Assembly: GCF_006345805.1 (NCBI RefSeq)
Contig: NC_043003.1
Span: 5,828,001 to 5,892,000 of the forward strand
Length of the DNA: 64,000 bases
Direction of reading: 5' to 3'
DNA from: Octopus sinensis
Taxonomy: Eukaryota
The first letter of the stretch is position 1; each line of letters opens with the position of its first letter. Shown here one piece after another: positions 1 to 14,204 of the stretch. The notes beneath the pieces are model-generated. The model searched no databases, had not been told where the DNA came from, and worked only from the letters and a program-made list of their open reading frames with translations. The position numbers and the translations under genes are program-made.

Positions 1-1150
1 AGAATTAATTTCTACTACACTTGTGGCTATATTCCCTCGCAGAAACGTAGAAAAAGAACTACAACTTGCTGTGTTTTTGCTACAACTAAAATTTACAAAA
101 TACTACTCTTCTCCCATTTTCTGTGACTACAACCGGAGTCTACAAAACAATTCTTTTCTGCTGAATTTGTGATTCCTGTCACAGTTGGAATCTACAAAAA
201 ACAATTGTATTGAAAGTTTTTTTTTACTGCACATTTGAATGTGCAATGACAATTGCGTTGTTCCCCATTTCTGAATATATTTTCTTTAGAATATCCAAAA
301 TTATTTGTAATCGACTACTTTTGTTGCTATAGTTACATTCTACAAAGACAAATGGACTCTGCTGCGTTTGCAACTTCAGTTGTAGTTTAAATCTGAAAAA
401 GATTTGTATTTTTCTGCTTTTCTAAAGCGCGCAACAACATTTGGAATCTGCTAAAGCATCCTTAGTCCGCTGCTTTTCTGATTACGGTTGCATTTTACAA
501 ACAAATTTATTCTGTTGCGTTTATAATTGTAATCTACGAAGACATTGTATTCTGTGGCTTTTGCAGCTATGGCTTCAATCTACAAAACCGTTTGTATTTT
601 TCTGTATTTGTTGCTAGAGATACATTTGCAATCCACAAAGAACACTTGCATTCTGCTGCTTTTACAACTTGAGTTACTCTTGGAATCGACAAAGTAATTC
701 TATGCTTCTGATTTCGCGAATACAGTTTAAATCGAACTCTAAAAAGCCAATTATATTCAGCTGTATTTTTGTATATATTTACTGGTTGAATGCACAAAAA
801 AGAATTCTATTCTGCTGCTTTTGTGACTACAGTTGGACACTAAAAAAACATCTCATTTCGCTGTATTTGTGACGACTGGTAAAGTTGGATTCCCCCCCAA
901 ACAATTATATTCAACCGCTGCGACTCCATTCCACATAAGATTTTTATTTATAAAAGCAAGTTTATTCGTCTACTTTCGTGGTTTCAGTTTCTTTTGGAAC
1001 CTACGAACAACGGCGTCTTACTATTCTTTGGCATTCTACGAAACTGTCGTGTTCTGCTGATTTATGGCGGATTATATTGCTTTGTGGTTTTCTTAGGTCT
1101 ATTCAAGACTTTCACAAGGGTTTCTTAGTATGCGATGTTTGGAAAAATAT
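1..1150. repeat. Highly degenerate tandem repeat, period roughly 50-60 bp
   Basis: Recurrent motif like TTCTGCTGCTTTTGTGACTACAGTTGGAATCTACAAAAAACAATTGTATT, with variants near 120, 180, 355, 545, 650 and 810. Confidence 0.55.
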
Positions 1151-1352
1151 TTATACTCATATATGTGATTGGTTCCATATATATTACAGCGCGTGCCAGA
1201 GAAATATATGACACTTGATGGTCAGTACAAAATGCTTGCCTCTGAGTGGAATTTCAGCTGTATTAATAAAGATCTTGGTTTAATATAACAGTACTGAAAT
1301 AAAGGAATTTCATCAAGCGATCATCATGTTTGGCTTCTGTACAGAATTTTAT

Positions 1353-1404
<52 letters not shown>

Positions 1405-1665
1405 CGGATAATCCTTATCTGCTTCCCCCTTTACACTTTACATCATGACATTTCTGTAATACACGATCCCTATTGATCGTTTTTTTCTTTTCTTTTTTCT
1501 TTCCCTTTTTTCTTTCCCTTTTACGATCCCTTTTGATCGAAAACCTACCCCACATATTTTGTTTTTGTTTGTTTTTGTTGTTTTTTTCTCCCCAAAAAGA
1601 AAAGCTCTAATTTGTAATCTGTCCCGTCTGTGTGCAGCCCTGCGTGGCTAATAAAGAAACATATA

Positions 1666-1701
<36 letters not shown>

Positions 1702-3007
1702 TGTATGTATGTATGTATGTATGTATGTATGTATGTGTGTATGTATGTATAATCAAATCAAATAAACGAACAATAAAATTAACAAGAAGATGTGCCCAGA
1801 AAATGTATTAGTTTCACACTGAATATCCATGATGATCGCTTCATCTTGATAGATGATTATAGCGCATTCACTCTGTTCCTGTACATTACCTCTTTGAGCT
1901 CTGAGATGATTTTCCGCCACACTGCTCCATCTCCAAATGAATTGAAATGGGAGACAAGATAGACCAGATGAATTGAGACATCTGTAGATCATCTAAATAA
2001 AGCGACATACACTTGTAGAACTTGTATCCCGCGCTTTGTAAATCAGTCGCTGGAATCCAGTGTCCAGCTTGGCAAGATAACTGTCAGTTACCACAGTTCA
2101 GGTTTGTTTTCAGAGTGTCTTCTCGAAGATATTTCCACCTAAAGAATACCTACAAATCAGTAAGGATTTGAAAGAAGCCTATTTGCACACAATTGGTCGA
2201 CCGTTGACTGTAGTGAGTTCATCCATCTTACATATAAATGTACAGACATATATATCGCATAAGCAAACTTGTCCACACACACACGCACACACATACACAC
2301 AAACTCATAGTATACGAGACCGGGGATGGGTAAGAAATAAAAACGAAACTTATTGAAGTGTAGAGATGAGCAGTGTATAGTGTGGTGGTTGCCTCAAAAA
2401 TGTGTACCACATATAAAAAAGTGGTGTGGAGATATTACGGAGAACTCCTAATTCGAGAAAAGAGAAGTAACGAGTGTATACAATGGGTAAGAAGAATGGG
2501 TAAAGAAGAGGTCTAAATATAGAGTTTGGGAGAAGGTGTGGTCATCAGAATGACGTACTTATTGCATATTATTCATTATTATATCTTGAAGTCATCGATC
2601 ATGCAAAACAGCTGTAAAGATATCTTATTACAAAATGCAAATAATATACGCAACTTTTCATATAAGTATATTCTTTACTCTTGTCCTTTCGCTTTTTATA
2701 CTTCCATACATACAAGTAAGTTTTACATGGGATTGGTTCTTGGTGTACGTATAAAGCCATAGACAATAGCAGGGAAATATAGGGGTGAAAAACCATTTTC
2801 GACAGAAAAAGTTGAAGGCTGTTCAATATCTGCATGGGATTATTTATGAAGAACCAGTTGTAAAAATGAATTGTTCCACAAAATCTCGAAAGGTTACGAA
2901 TTGTTATGGAATCAACAGCACACACACACACATACTTACATACATATTTTCATACATATATATAGATATGCATACATATGTAAGTATATACATATATATA
3001 TGTATGT

Positions 3008-3610
3008 GTGTTTGTGTGTGTGTGTTCCAGTAATGTGAATTATTCATTGATTTAAATGTAACAGTGATTATATAACTGCCTGTAAGTATATGTGTGTGTA
3101 TATACATGTATATATATATATATGTGTGTGTGTGTATACATACATACTTATATACATGTATATATATATTTATATATATATATATGTGTGTGTGTGTATA
3201 CATACATACTTATATACATGTATATATATATTATATATATATATATACATGTATAAATATATATAAACTTATATATACGTATATATATATATATATGTGT
3301 GTGTGTGTATACATACATACTTATATACATGTATATATATATACATGTATAAATATATATAAACTTATATATACGTATATATATATATATATATACATGT
3401 ATAAATATATATAAACTTATATATACGTATATATATATATATGTGTGTGTGTGTATACATACATACTTATATACATGTATATATATATATATATACATGT
3501 ATATATATATACATGTATAAATATATATAAACTTATATATACGTATATATATTATATATATATATATGTGTGTGTGTGTATACATACATACTTATATACA
3601 TGTATATATA

Positions 3611-3680
<70 letters not shown>

Positions 3681-3781
3681 TTGTGTGTGTGTGTTCCAGT
3701 AATGTGAATTATTCATTGATTTAAATGTAACAGTGATTATATAACTGCCTGTAAGTATATGTGTGTGTATATACATGTATA

Positions 3782-3829
<48 letters not shown>

Positions 3830-3897
3830 ATACATACATACTTATATACATGTATATATATATATACATGTATAAATATATATAAACTTATATATAC

Positions 3898-3939
<42 letters not shown>

Positions 3940-3950
3940 ACACATATATA
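3008..3950. repeat. Compound (TA)/(TG)/TACA microsatellite block containing a 669-bp direct duplication
   Basis: Unique ~75-bp segment TTCCAGTAATGTGAATTATTCATTG...CCTGTAAG at 3025 and again at 3694. Confidence 0.85.
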
Positions 3951-5208
3951 AACTTAGAAGGAAAGAGAGAGAACGCGGGAGAGAGAAAGAAAGAACTCGA
4001 TAGAATGTGATTCTGTATTGCAATATTGCGTCCGTTAATAAACGTTATTCATATCTAATAAATATGCTGTTCGACTTTGACCTGTAGTGCGGTTGTGATT
4101 TAAGCATCGACATGAAATATATTAAACAGGTGTCTGCTTCTCGTTGTAATCTGTATTTTATTCACAGGTAAGAGGTCTTCAGCATCTCAGCTTTACGTAT
4201 CCTCGTCACCCTTCACAGACTAAGCACCAGCTCCAATATTCAGCCAGATTTTCACAGTTCTGTACATTCAATGACCAAAAGTTTGAATGCTTAACGTAAC
4301 ACTTTCTTACTTAGGTAAAATACCACATGTTTTGATGGGAAGCAGCAGCCGATATCATTGAACCTAGCACATGACTGCTACCTTCAGTAATATATTTCTT
4401 ATGGTCAGAGAAAGGAACAGCTCCTATATCTCGTGGGGGACATTCCTTACAGGGTAGTTCTCTATCCTTATCTTTCATTTTCAGTTACTCCGACGAGACT
4501 GTTATTTTCTCTTGAGGCAAACCCCTTTCAGAGCAGGCTTCTCTTCACATGCATATTGCTGCGACCGAGATATTGCACCAATAAACCTATCATTTCCTCC
4601 GACAGGTGGTCATTTAGGGCTAACCGAGTCTCCAAATATCTTCATCCCGGAAATAGGAGATAGAATTTGAATTGGAACTGCTAAATGTTGTATAACAAAC
4701 TGCAATGAATTTCCATCAGAAATTATAAAGCATTGGAAATTAGACTATTTTTAAGAGTTCTTCCCATTCACCATTCATTAGTAATGCTTTTTATATCGTT
4801 CCTGAAACGAACAAAAGCAAATTTGACTTCACAGCAAATTGACATAAAAAACAAGAAAAGCTAGAAACGAATACGCGATATTAAAACGGTTTTGAAGATA
4901 ATAACATTAGAAGATATAAATTGGGCAGAATTCGATGTCAAAAGGGTAGGAGCAAAGTAACGGGTAGAAGTAGAGTAGGGAAGTGTGTTTGTAAGGATGG
5001 CATGAAACTATGAGTTTCATTAGATGATAAAGGAGGTCAAAAACTATTGTAAGGTCATCGTCTGAGCAGTAAGTTGACTGAGTAGCCAATCACGAATGAC
5101 ATTATTTTAAACGCAGTTTCGAGTAATATATGGATGTATGTCTGCAAGAAGAGTTTGTTGTATTTCACTAGCAATCCTATAGTGCTTTCTATTATTGTGC
5201 TGCGTCAT

Positions 5209-5416
5209 AAGGCGGCGAGATGGCACACTGGGTGAAATGCTTACCGGTATTTCGTCTGTCTCTACGTTCTGAGTTCAAATTCCGCCGAGGTCGACTTTGC
5301 CTTTCATCCTTTCGAGGTCGATAAATTAAGTACTAGTTGTGTACTGGGGTGAATCTAAGCGACTGGCTACCTCCCTCAAAATTTCGGGCCTTGTGTCTAG
5401 AGTAGAAAATATTATT
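5209..5416 (+). mobile_element. SINE family A (head AAGGCGGCGAGCTGGCAGAA; central GTCGACTTTGCCTTTCATCCTTTCGGGGTCGATAAA resembling a Deu/Nin-type domain)
   Basis: Matches about 10 other copies in this window; B-box-like GAGTTCAAATTCC; degenerate flanking repeat TATTATTGTG. Confidence 0.85.
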
Positions 5417-5782
5417 GTGTCGTGTCAGTTCTATTACTGAGCCTCCGATTTCAAAGAAGGCTGCAAAAAGCCAAAATATTCCGATAACTTGTATGATCTC
5501 ACTCAACAGCATTGCTACATCAGTGTTCCTTTGTTACAAACTGCAGTAGATGTGTAGCTATTGGAATACAGGAGCACCAAATTATACACAAGTTTTTTGC
5601 CCTTATTATTGTCGCACTTTTTGTAGCATGCTATATCCCACCCTTGGATAAAGACATTCTGCATGTACAAGCATCGGGGCTAGTTTAACGCGATTAACAT
5701 TATAACCGAAACCTATGTGGTTTAATTATCGCGCGTCGAACGCATCCAATCATACCTAATATATATACATACATATATATAT

Positions 5783-5838
<56 letters not shown>

Positions 5839-6406
5839 ATGTATGTATGTATATGTATGTATATATGTATGTATGCATTTATGTATGTACGTACGTATGC
5901 ACGTATTCACATACACACATTATTTGTGAGATTACATGACAACCAAGGATTTCATGTCAAGAGATTTTCAAAGTCGTTCAAGCGAGCCACACCGAAATCG
6001 TGATATTTATCTCCATTTTGGATGGGAATACACTATTATACACAAGACTGAACGTGATTTCGAAATAAATGCACAAATCACAGGATTAACTTATAAAAAT
6101 ATTTTGTTATCTCCCTTGCATTAGCTCTGGGATTTTGTTAGAAATTGCACTCACCATAGATTGATTAATTCCTTAAGTATCATATGCAAGAACGCTCGTT
6201 ATCCCGTTGTCTCGTAAATTTGCGCATACTCATCCAAAATGGAGTCAAGCACCAACACATCCACGTGGCATACTTGAACAAGTGTGAAGATCTCTTACCA
6301 TGAAACAGATGGTTGCCTTATTAACACACAAACACATAATACTTATCCACCAAAGCATGTTGGGGACACAGTTTTCAATGCTCAATATCAGTGGGTGTAT
6401 ATGTGG

Positions 6407-6435
<29 letters not shown>

Positions 6436-6438
<3 letters not shown>

Positions 6439-6622
6439 GAAACAAGTAAAAGTCGAGCAAATCGACCCCAGGACTTATTCATTGTAAGCCTAGTACTTAT
6501 TCTATCGGTTCTTTTGCCAAACCGCTAAGTTACGAGACATTTACACTTTTACACTTTTACTTGTTTCAGTCATTTGACAGTGGCCATGCTGGAGCACCAC
6601 CTTTAGTCGAGCAAATCGACCC
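6436..6622 (-). mobile_element. SINE family B, 3' fragment with internal rearrangement
   Basis: GTCGAGCAAATCGACCCC (twice) and CAGTCATTTGACAGTGGCCATGCTGGAGCACC match family B. Confidence 0.75.
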
Positions 6623-7289
6623 CATTCCTCGCCATAAAATTAAAATATTAATTATAGACCACGAAACGCTTAATATTACGTTAGAGAAAACAGAATGATT
6701 TTGAATGTGTCCCAAAGGTACGAGTGTCCCTGGGACAGATTAATGTTTTAGAAGAATCATATGAGAAACATTCACTTTTATACTTTTGATTGTTGGATTG
6801 AGAAGTTTTCGATTTGGAAAATATGATTTTGGGTTCGACTACCATGCACAACAATCAAATTGACACTAGGGGTTATGTCTACTACCATCGGATTATTGTG
6901 TCATCCAGCGCTTTGGTAACCAGAAACTATATGGGATTTTCTTGGTGGACCAATTCCTTTTCTTGTGTGGTATATCTAATTCCATCAACTGAGTTAACGA
7001 TACGACTGGATTCTTGAGTGTCTTTAGCAAAAAACGTCTGATTGAAAATATTGCGTCAGGTCTCTGGCCTGGGAATTGGTCTCACTTTTATGTTCTTCCT
7101 TCCTTGATTAAACCATTGTAAATACAAGTGATTGGAGTGTACTTACCGTGAATGCAAAGACAGAACCGATGTCTGGAAAACGAACCACTGAACTTTTAGC
7201 TCTTTGTTGATTATCCCGTTTCTCTTAATCACCCTTCATTATTGATGTACTACTACTGCAATGCACAATCTTGTAATTGTATACGCGCG

Positions 7290-7344
<55 letters not shown>

Positions 7345-8359
7345 GCACACACATACATGCAGGGAGAGAAAGGAGGGAAAGAATTTATTTGATCTTTATT
7401 AACAATATTCTTGTCATTAAGAATATTTTAGCGTTTATAGAATCTCAACGCCACTGAAAGTGCTCTGCTGCTTTCTTGTGAAGCCTTCTTTAAAACTAAT
7501 GATTGCTAAATCAAATGGGGATTGTTTGTTCATATTAAATCTAATAAACTGTCAGGAATATGTTGAAACATCCATGACATCAGTTGCGCCAAATAAATAA
7601 TGATTCAATTAGTTCTTGCTATTTCTTCAGTCTGCTACAGAGGAACATTTCAAGGGTGAACCATTCTCTCAAAGGAACGTTTCAAAGTTAGAGACATGTT
7701 CAAAGTCATCCAGTCGCTCACTCTTCTGCATCTTTTCTCTGATTAGTCATGAGTGGATCTAGAGTGACCATTTTCTTTCTCTTTCTCTCTCTCCTTCTCT
7801 CTCTTTCTCTCTCTTTTTTTCTCTCTCTCTCTCTCGCACAAATGTATTATTTGGAGTTGTTGATTAACTCATTGAATTACAATAAAACATTTGCTGATGG
7901 CGGGAGTTTATACATTTAATAGAGTAGAATTTATTGAAAATATTAATTCGATTGTGATTTGAAGTTTCGCCTTTAAAGTTTTATTCAACCAGAGAATAAA
8001 CAATAAACAATAAACTCACCTAAAACCCGTACAACAGAGATGTTTAAAGAGGAAGGAAACAATGGTTAGTGCTCAAAGAGTCGGTAAGATTATTATCTTT
8101 GATACTTAATCGCTCTCTCTCTCTCACCCGCTCTCCCTATCTCCCTCTCTTTCTCTCTCTATCTCTCTCTCTCTTACTGTATCATCCTCTCCCTTCTTCT
8201 AACCACAAAAAATTTACCCAACTCTTTGACCAATAACCTTAATTTCCTTTCTTTTTAAACACTGTTCTCTTTTTGTGAAAAAACGTCTTTTGTAAAGATA
8301 TAAGGTGAGTTTAACATACTACATAGCCATACGTAGATAAACACACATATGCGTGATTC

Positions 8360-8487
8360 TATGTATGTGTGTATGTTTGTATGTATGTATGTATGTATAT
8401 ATATATATGTATGTATATATGTATGTATGTATATGTGTATATATATGTATGTATATATGTACGTATGTATGTATATATGTATGTATG

Positions 8488-8521
<34 letters not shown>

Positions 8522-8735
8522 TGTATGTATGTGTGTATGTATGTATGTATGTATGTGTGTATGTATGTATGTATGTATGTATATATGTATGTATGTGTAT
8601 ATGTATATATCTATGTATATATGTATGTATGTAAGTATATATATATGTATATATGCATGTATGTATGTATGTATGCATGTATGTGTGTATGTATATATGT
8701 ATGTATGTTTGTATGTATGTATGTTTGTATGTATC
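8360..8735. repeat. (TATG)n microsatellite
   Basis: Direct reading; source of the MYVC-type spurious ORFs. Confidence 0.95.
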
Positions 8736-9305
8736 CATCAATGCCATTACTAATATCTCTGACGACATACACAAGACCACTGACTGAAAAGTTTTTTTCA
8801 TAACCCTTCCCCAAGATCTAGAACTGTATATGGTTGCAAACAGTCGGTTCGCTTATGATGTTCTTCATTGAATCTCCATGGCCAAGTATCCAATCGTCTT
8901 CCAACCTTCCAACCTGACAGAAACTATTTCAGTCATATACAAGTCAATCCTGATGAGGGCATACTCGTCCCAGATAATCAATCTCGTAGGCTCCCAAATT
9001 GAACTTCAACAAAACACGTTATTGGTTCGCGTAGTTTAATTGCGTCGAGACTACTATCACTACTAAACTACATTGGGGCAGCTATTAATGTTACATGAAA
9101 GTAGGACAGCTAGAAAGGCCACATGAAAGGGGACAGTTGGTAATACCACACTGAAGTACAACATTCGGGAATAACATTAGACAGCGTTTATCATCGGCTA
9201 GAAATAGCAGTGAGGGCTTCCTCAAATCATATCCTGCTGTCTCACATTTGGACAGAACGTGTGATATAATGTAGACCTACATCTCCAAAAGTTGATGGTA
9301 TCGTC

Positions 9306-9725
9306 AAGCGGAGAGCTGGCAGAACCGTTAGCACGCTGAGCGAAATGCTTAGCGGCATTTCGTCTGCCGTTGCGTACTGAGTTCAAATTCCGCCGAGGTC
9401 GACTTTGCCTTTCATCCTTTCCGGGTCGATAAATTAAGTACGGGTTACGCACTGGGTTCGGTATAATCCACTTAATCCGTTTGTCTGTCCTTGTTTGTCT
9501 CCTCTGTGTTTAACCCCTTGTGGGTAGTAATGAAATAGGTATTTCGTCAGCCGTTACGTTCTGAGTTCAAATTCCGCCGAGGTCGACTTTGCCTTCATCC
9601 TTTCGGGGGTCGATAAATTAAGTAGCGGTTACGCACTGGGTTCGGTATAATCGACTTAATCCGTTTGTCTGTCCTTGTTTGTTCCCTCTATGTTTAGCCC
9701 CTTGTGGGTAGTAAAGAAATAGGTA
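9306..9725 (+). mobile_element. SINE family A: full copy followed directly by a 5'-truncated tandem copy
   Basis: Second unit restarts at TTCGTCAGCCGTTACG (~9543); both end AAAGAAATAGGTAT-like. Confidence 0.9.
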
Positions 9726-10093
9726 TGGTCAAGCTGGAATACCTTTATTATAGCTGCCATACATCATGGATTACACGGCGGATAAACCATGACAATAGTA
9801 AAGCCACGGCGACAGTCAGTAGAGTATACCCTCTTAGAATGAGTACATTGTCAGACGGAATATGTTATAAAGATATACTGATAGCTATATCGATTGTCAG
9901 AGAACAGCTATGGAGTAAGATAAATGTAGGAATGAGAGCGAGTGTGATATGGACTGGAATCTTCTTGAAGATATACGATCGAAGATAATAAGTGTAGAAG
10001 AAATGAATAAGTCAGCATCAGTGTAAAACAATGAAGAATTCGAGCGATCAATAGTATCGAAGTTTATTGACCTGGACAATAAGGTGACATATT

Positions 10094-10485
10094 ACTCTCT
10101 TTTACTCTTTTACTTGTTTCAGTCATTTGACTGCGGCCATGCTGGAGCACCGCCTTTAATCGAGCAAATCGACCCCGGGACTTATTCTTTTGTAAGCCCA
10201 GTACTTATTCTATCGGTCTGTTTTGCCGAACCGCTAATTGACGGGGACATAAACACACCAGCATAGGTTGTCAAGCAATGCTAGGGGGACAAACACAGAC
10301 GCACAAACACACACACGCATATATATACATATATACGACGGGCTTCTTTCAGTTTCCGTCTACCAAATACACTCACAAGGCTTTGGTCGTCCCGAGGCTA
10401 TAGTAGAAGACACTTACCCAAGATGCCACTCAGTGGGACTGAACCCGGAACCATGTGGTTGGTAAACAAACTACTTACCACACAA
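10094..10485 (-). mobile_element. SINE family B (tRNA head, CORE-like segment GGCACCTTGGGCAAGTGTCTTC, LINE-like tail)
   Basis: Near full-length match to the copies at 20414 and 52138. Confidence 0.9.
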
Positions 10486-10620
10486 CAATCTGTCGAATGA
10501 TAACGGTTTCGAATCTAGCATATCCTATCATCACCACTTGTAGGAACTATGGCCAAGGAACTACGCTATTTAAAGGGTAAAATATATGTGGTACACACAC
10601 ACACACACACGCACACACAT

Positions 10621-10689
<69 letters not shown>

Positions 10690-10809
10690 CATACAAAATT
10701 TAGAGGATTGACCACTAAAATTGGACAGCCTGTATGCTAGAGATAGACGTCAAAATCGCCATTTTCCACGAAGAATGTGTTTTAGCGGTCAATCCTCTAA
10801 ATTTGTATG
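10690..10809. mobile_element. MITE with ~30-bp TIRs and TA flanks (Tc1/mariner-type ends)
   Basis: TA|CATACAAAATTTAGAGGATTGACCACTAAAA ... TTTTAGCGGTCAATCCTCTAAATTTGTATG|TA. Confidence 0.75.
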
Positions 10810-11113
10810 TAAAAACATTTTTAATCTTCGGATTTTTTATAATTGCTAGGTTACTGTTTTTAATTGATTAATATCAATTTCATCCCTTATTTAATTATAT
10901 ATGTATATGTGCGTGTGTGTGTGTGTGTGTATGAGACAACATATATGCGTTGTTAAATGGTGTGAATCTGCGGTAGTCCGTCCAGGTGAGGCCCCTTTAA
11001 AGATGGATTGTGTTTAAAAATACAGTATGTCTCAAATGTAAATGAAACGAAATCGCCCCGCAGTGGAACACGGTGACAGATATTTCGCAGTTATTTCCGC
11101 TCTTCAGTGGGAA

Positions 11114-11490
11114 GCACTCCGTCGGTTGCGACGACGAGGGTTCCGGTTGATCCGATCAACGGAACAGCCTGCTCGTGAAATTAACGTGTAAGTGGCTGAG
11201 CACTCCACAGACACGTGTGTCCTTAACGCAGTTCTCGGGGATATTCAGCGTGACACAGAGAGTGACAAGGCCGGCTCTTTGAAATACAGGTACAACAGAA
11301 ACAGGGGGTAAGAGTGAGAGAAAGTTGTAGTGAAAGAGTACAGCAGGGATCACCACCATCCCTGCCGGAGACTCGTGGAGCTTTGGGTGTTTTCGCTCAA
11401 TAAACACTCACAACGCCCGGTCTGGGAATCGAAACCGCGATCCTACGACCGCGAGTCCGCTGCCCTAACCACTGGGCCATTCCGCCTCCA
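11114..11490 (-). mobile_element. SINE family D (tRNA-derived head), full length
   Basis: Minus strand GGAGGCGGAATGGCCCAGTGGTTAGGGCAGCGGACTCGCGG...GGTTTCGATTCCC gives A and B boxes. Confidence 0.85.
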
Positions 11491-11553
11491 CATTACCACA
11501 CTCATCCACTGCTGAAACACCCTTAATTAATATTTACAACATATAAGCTATAC

Positions 11554-11594
<41 letters not shown>

Positions 11595-11770
11595 AATAGA
11601 TATTAAAGTTGGAACTCACGTCAACATATAATTTCTTGCTAGCGATCATCAGAATCCAATGTGACGAAATTCCCTTGATTTCATGGAAGTTACCCTAGAT
11701 AGGGTTTTGGCGGAGCATCAGTGTCACAGTATGACCCATTTTAAAACATCAAATATCACAAGTATCAAGT

Positions 11771-11807
<37 letters not shown>

Positions 11808-12306
11808 CATATATATACACACATATACATACGTGCGCATGCTGATGTCTGAATATGTCCGATTCGGGACAAACAAATACGACCGCAGAGGTTGCATGGG
11901 AAAATGGTCATATCAGATCTGATTGTTGTGACCTTGTATTTCCCCCACTTTCTCTCTATCGCTCCTCCCTCTCTACTTCTCTCTCTCCTTCTCCCTCGGT
12001 ATTTTGTCTTGTATGTATATGAAACGAAAGGCGAAGCAAAAAGTCTGGTTCAAATATCTGAAGGTTGCGACACAGTGGTAAGAAAATTCAAAGCGCACAC
12101 GCGAGAACGTAACCAACAGGAATTAGAATACAAGTATGAGCGTTTGTAATAAAGAGGAAAAATATGATGAAGGACATTTTTCAGAAACGTTAAAAGGATT
12201 TCCAGATAACTAAACGTTTAGGATTTGTTTTTATATAATTTGGTATCGATATTTAGCACTCTTGCACGTACTACACACAAACACAGAGGCACGCGCGCAC
12301 ACACCC

Positions 12307-12338
<32 letters not shown>

Positions 12339-12564
12339 ATACATACATATACATGCACACATACACACACATATATATATATGTATATATTGCTTTGCAC
12401 AGATATGCATATACACATTGTTATACATATACGTACAAAAGAGTGTATATATATATACATATATCAAATAAAATTAAAAGCAACACAAAGGATATCGCGG
12501 GAATTAAAAACAGAACACAAAGGATATATATATATATATATATATATATAGGGAGGAGGAGGAG

Positions 12565-12884
12565 GAGACCCCATTCAGTCATAAATGACCATGGGATTGC
12601 ACCTAGAAAGTTACCCTGCGAGGCACAAGTCCGGGCAAGGTTGGTTATAGAAGACCAGCAGTTGCCCATGCATACCAGCCACCCCTACCCACACCATTGT
12701 CATCCAAGGGGCCGATACAGCTTGGCATCAGTGACGTCGCAACTCATTTCTACAGCTGAGTGAACTGGAGCAACGTGAAATAAAGTGTCTTGCTCAAGAA
12801 CACAACACGCAGCCCGATCCGAGAATCGAACTCACAACCTCACGATTCCTACGCTCGACGCTCTAACCACTGAGCCATGTGCCT

Positions 12885-12885
<1 letters not shown>
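12565..12885 (-). mobile_element. SINE family C (tRNA head plus GTGTTCTTGAGCAAGACAC core)
   Basis: Minus strand GGCACATGGCTCAGTGGTTAGAGCGTCG...GAGTTCGATTCTCGG; related heads at 16005-16308, 27560 and 37030. Confidence 0.85.
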
Positions 12886-12960
<75 letters not shown>

Positions 12961-12971
12961 ATATATATATA

Positions 12972-13040
<69 letters not shown>

Positions 13041-13662
13041 TCAATATACATAGAGATACATGTGCAAAAATGTATAATTATAGACATGGGTGCACATATA
13101 TATAACATACATATAAGCATATACAGTTGTAGCGATATACAACCATATACATCCGTAAAGAAGTACAGATAAAGTTAAAGGCGTGTAGACGCTGATATAG
13201 ATTCAACAGAATCTGCCTTGCCTTTGCTGAAACAACAACGATAACAACCGCGTGACGTGACATAAGGGCGTGGTCAAGGAGGAGTTTTAGAGTAATACAT
13301 CAGATGATAACAGCCATGCTGTTCATACAGGGTCTATTATTATACAATATGATAATGCACTTTATTGACATAACACTGTGCAATATTTAGTTACATTTTT
13401 ATTCTCCCGTGATGATAAAACCGAAGCTGCTTACCATGTGAATAAAAGTACACCTTGATAATATATCGTATATCATAAATATATTATAAATACATATGTA
13501 CATTCGCCATGAAAATATGCTCTTTGTAAGATATTTCACTACAAAATGTTCTCCTATTGCTTCCATTTTACAGCAAAAGGGTTTTTAGTGCGCACACGTG
13601 TGTCAGTGTTAAATATATTTTAGTGTTTCAAATATTTCTCCATGTTGGTACTTGAGTGCTGA

Positions 13663-14193
13663 TACTTGCTAGTGCACCAATTTCGCCCAGCCTGACCAAA
13701 ATAAAATATTATCAATCTCTAGCATGACACTGAATACTCTTTTTCCGACAGTTCACACTAAACATACATACATATATTAAACATACATGTATATATTATT
13801 TATTTATATAGGGTGCAGGAGCAGCTGTGTGGTAAGTAGCTTGCTTACCAACCACATGGTTCCGGTTTCAGTCACACTGCGTGGCACCTTGGGCTAGTGT
13901 TTTCTACCTGTAGCCTCCGGCAGTCCAAAGCCTTGCGAGTGGATTATTTCTCTTTGGCTTTTACCGATGCTCAACATCCGGTTCTGCTGTCCAACTAATA
14001 TAATTGAACTTGTGTGTAAGTGGGTGTGGGTGTGTGTCTGTCTGTTATGCATGTGTATATGTATGTATGTATGTATATATGTATGTATGTATGTTTAGTG
14101 TGAACTGTCGGAAAAAGAGTATTCAATGTCATGCTAGAGATTAATAATATTTTATTTTGCTCAGGCCGGGCGAAATTGGTGCACTGGCAAGTA
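13663..14193. repeat. ~112-bp inverted repeat pair (13663-13774 / ~14082-14193) enclosing a SINE B 5' fragment (13811-13945)
   Basis: Arms match with only about 5 mismatches by eye. Confidence 0.85.
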
Positions 14194-14204
14194 CTCGACA
14201 ACCA

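Noticed and set aside
1790-7200. Several strong minus-strand donor sites (~2110, 4311, 6148, 6292, 7145) as exons of the host gene
   Set aside because: The short open frames could not be joined into a recognisable protein; they need RNA evidence.
11400-11490. tRNA genes at the SINE heads (also ~12800-12885, 20414-20490, 26660-26746)
   Set aside because: A and B boxes are present, but no complete cloverleaf or acceptor stem could be built and each continues into a SINE body.
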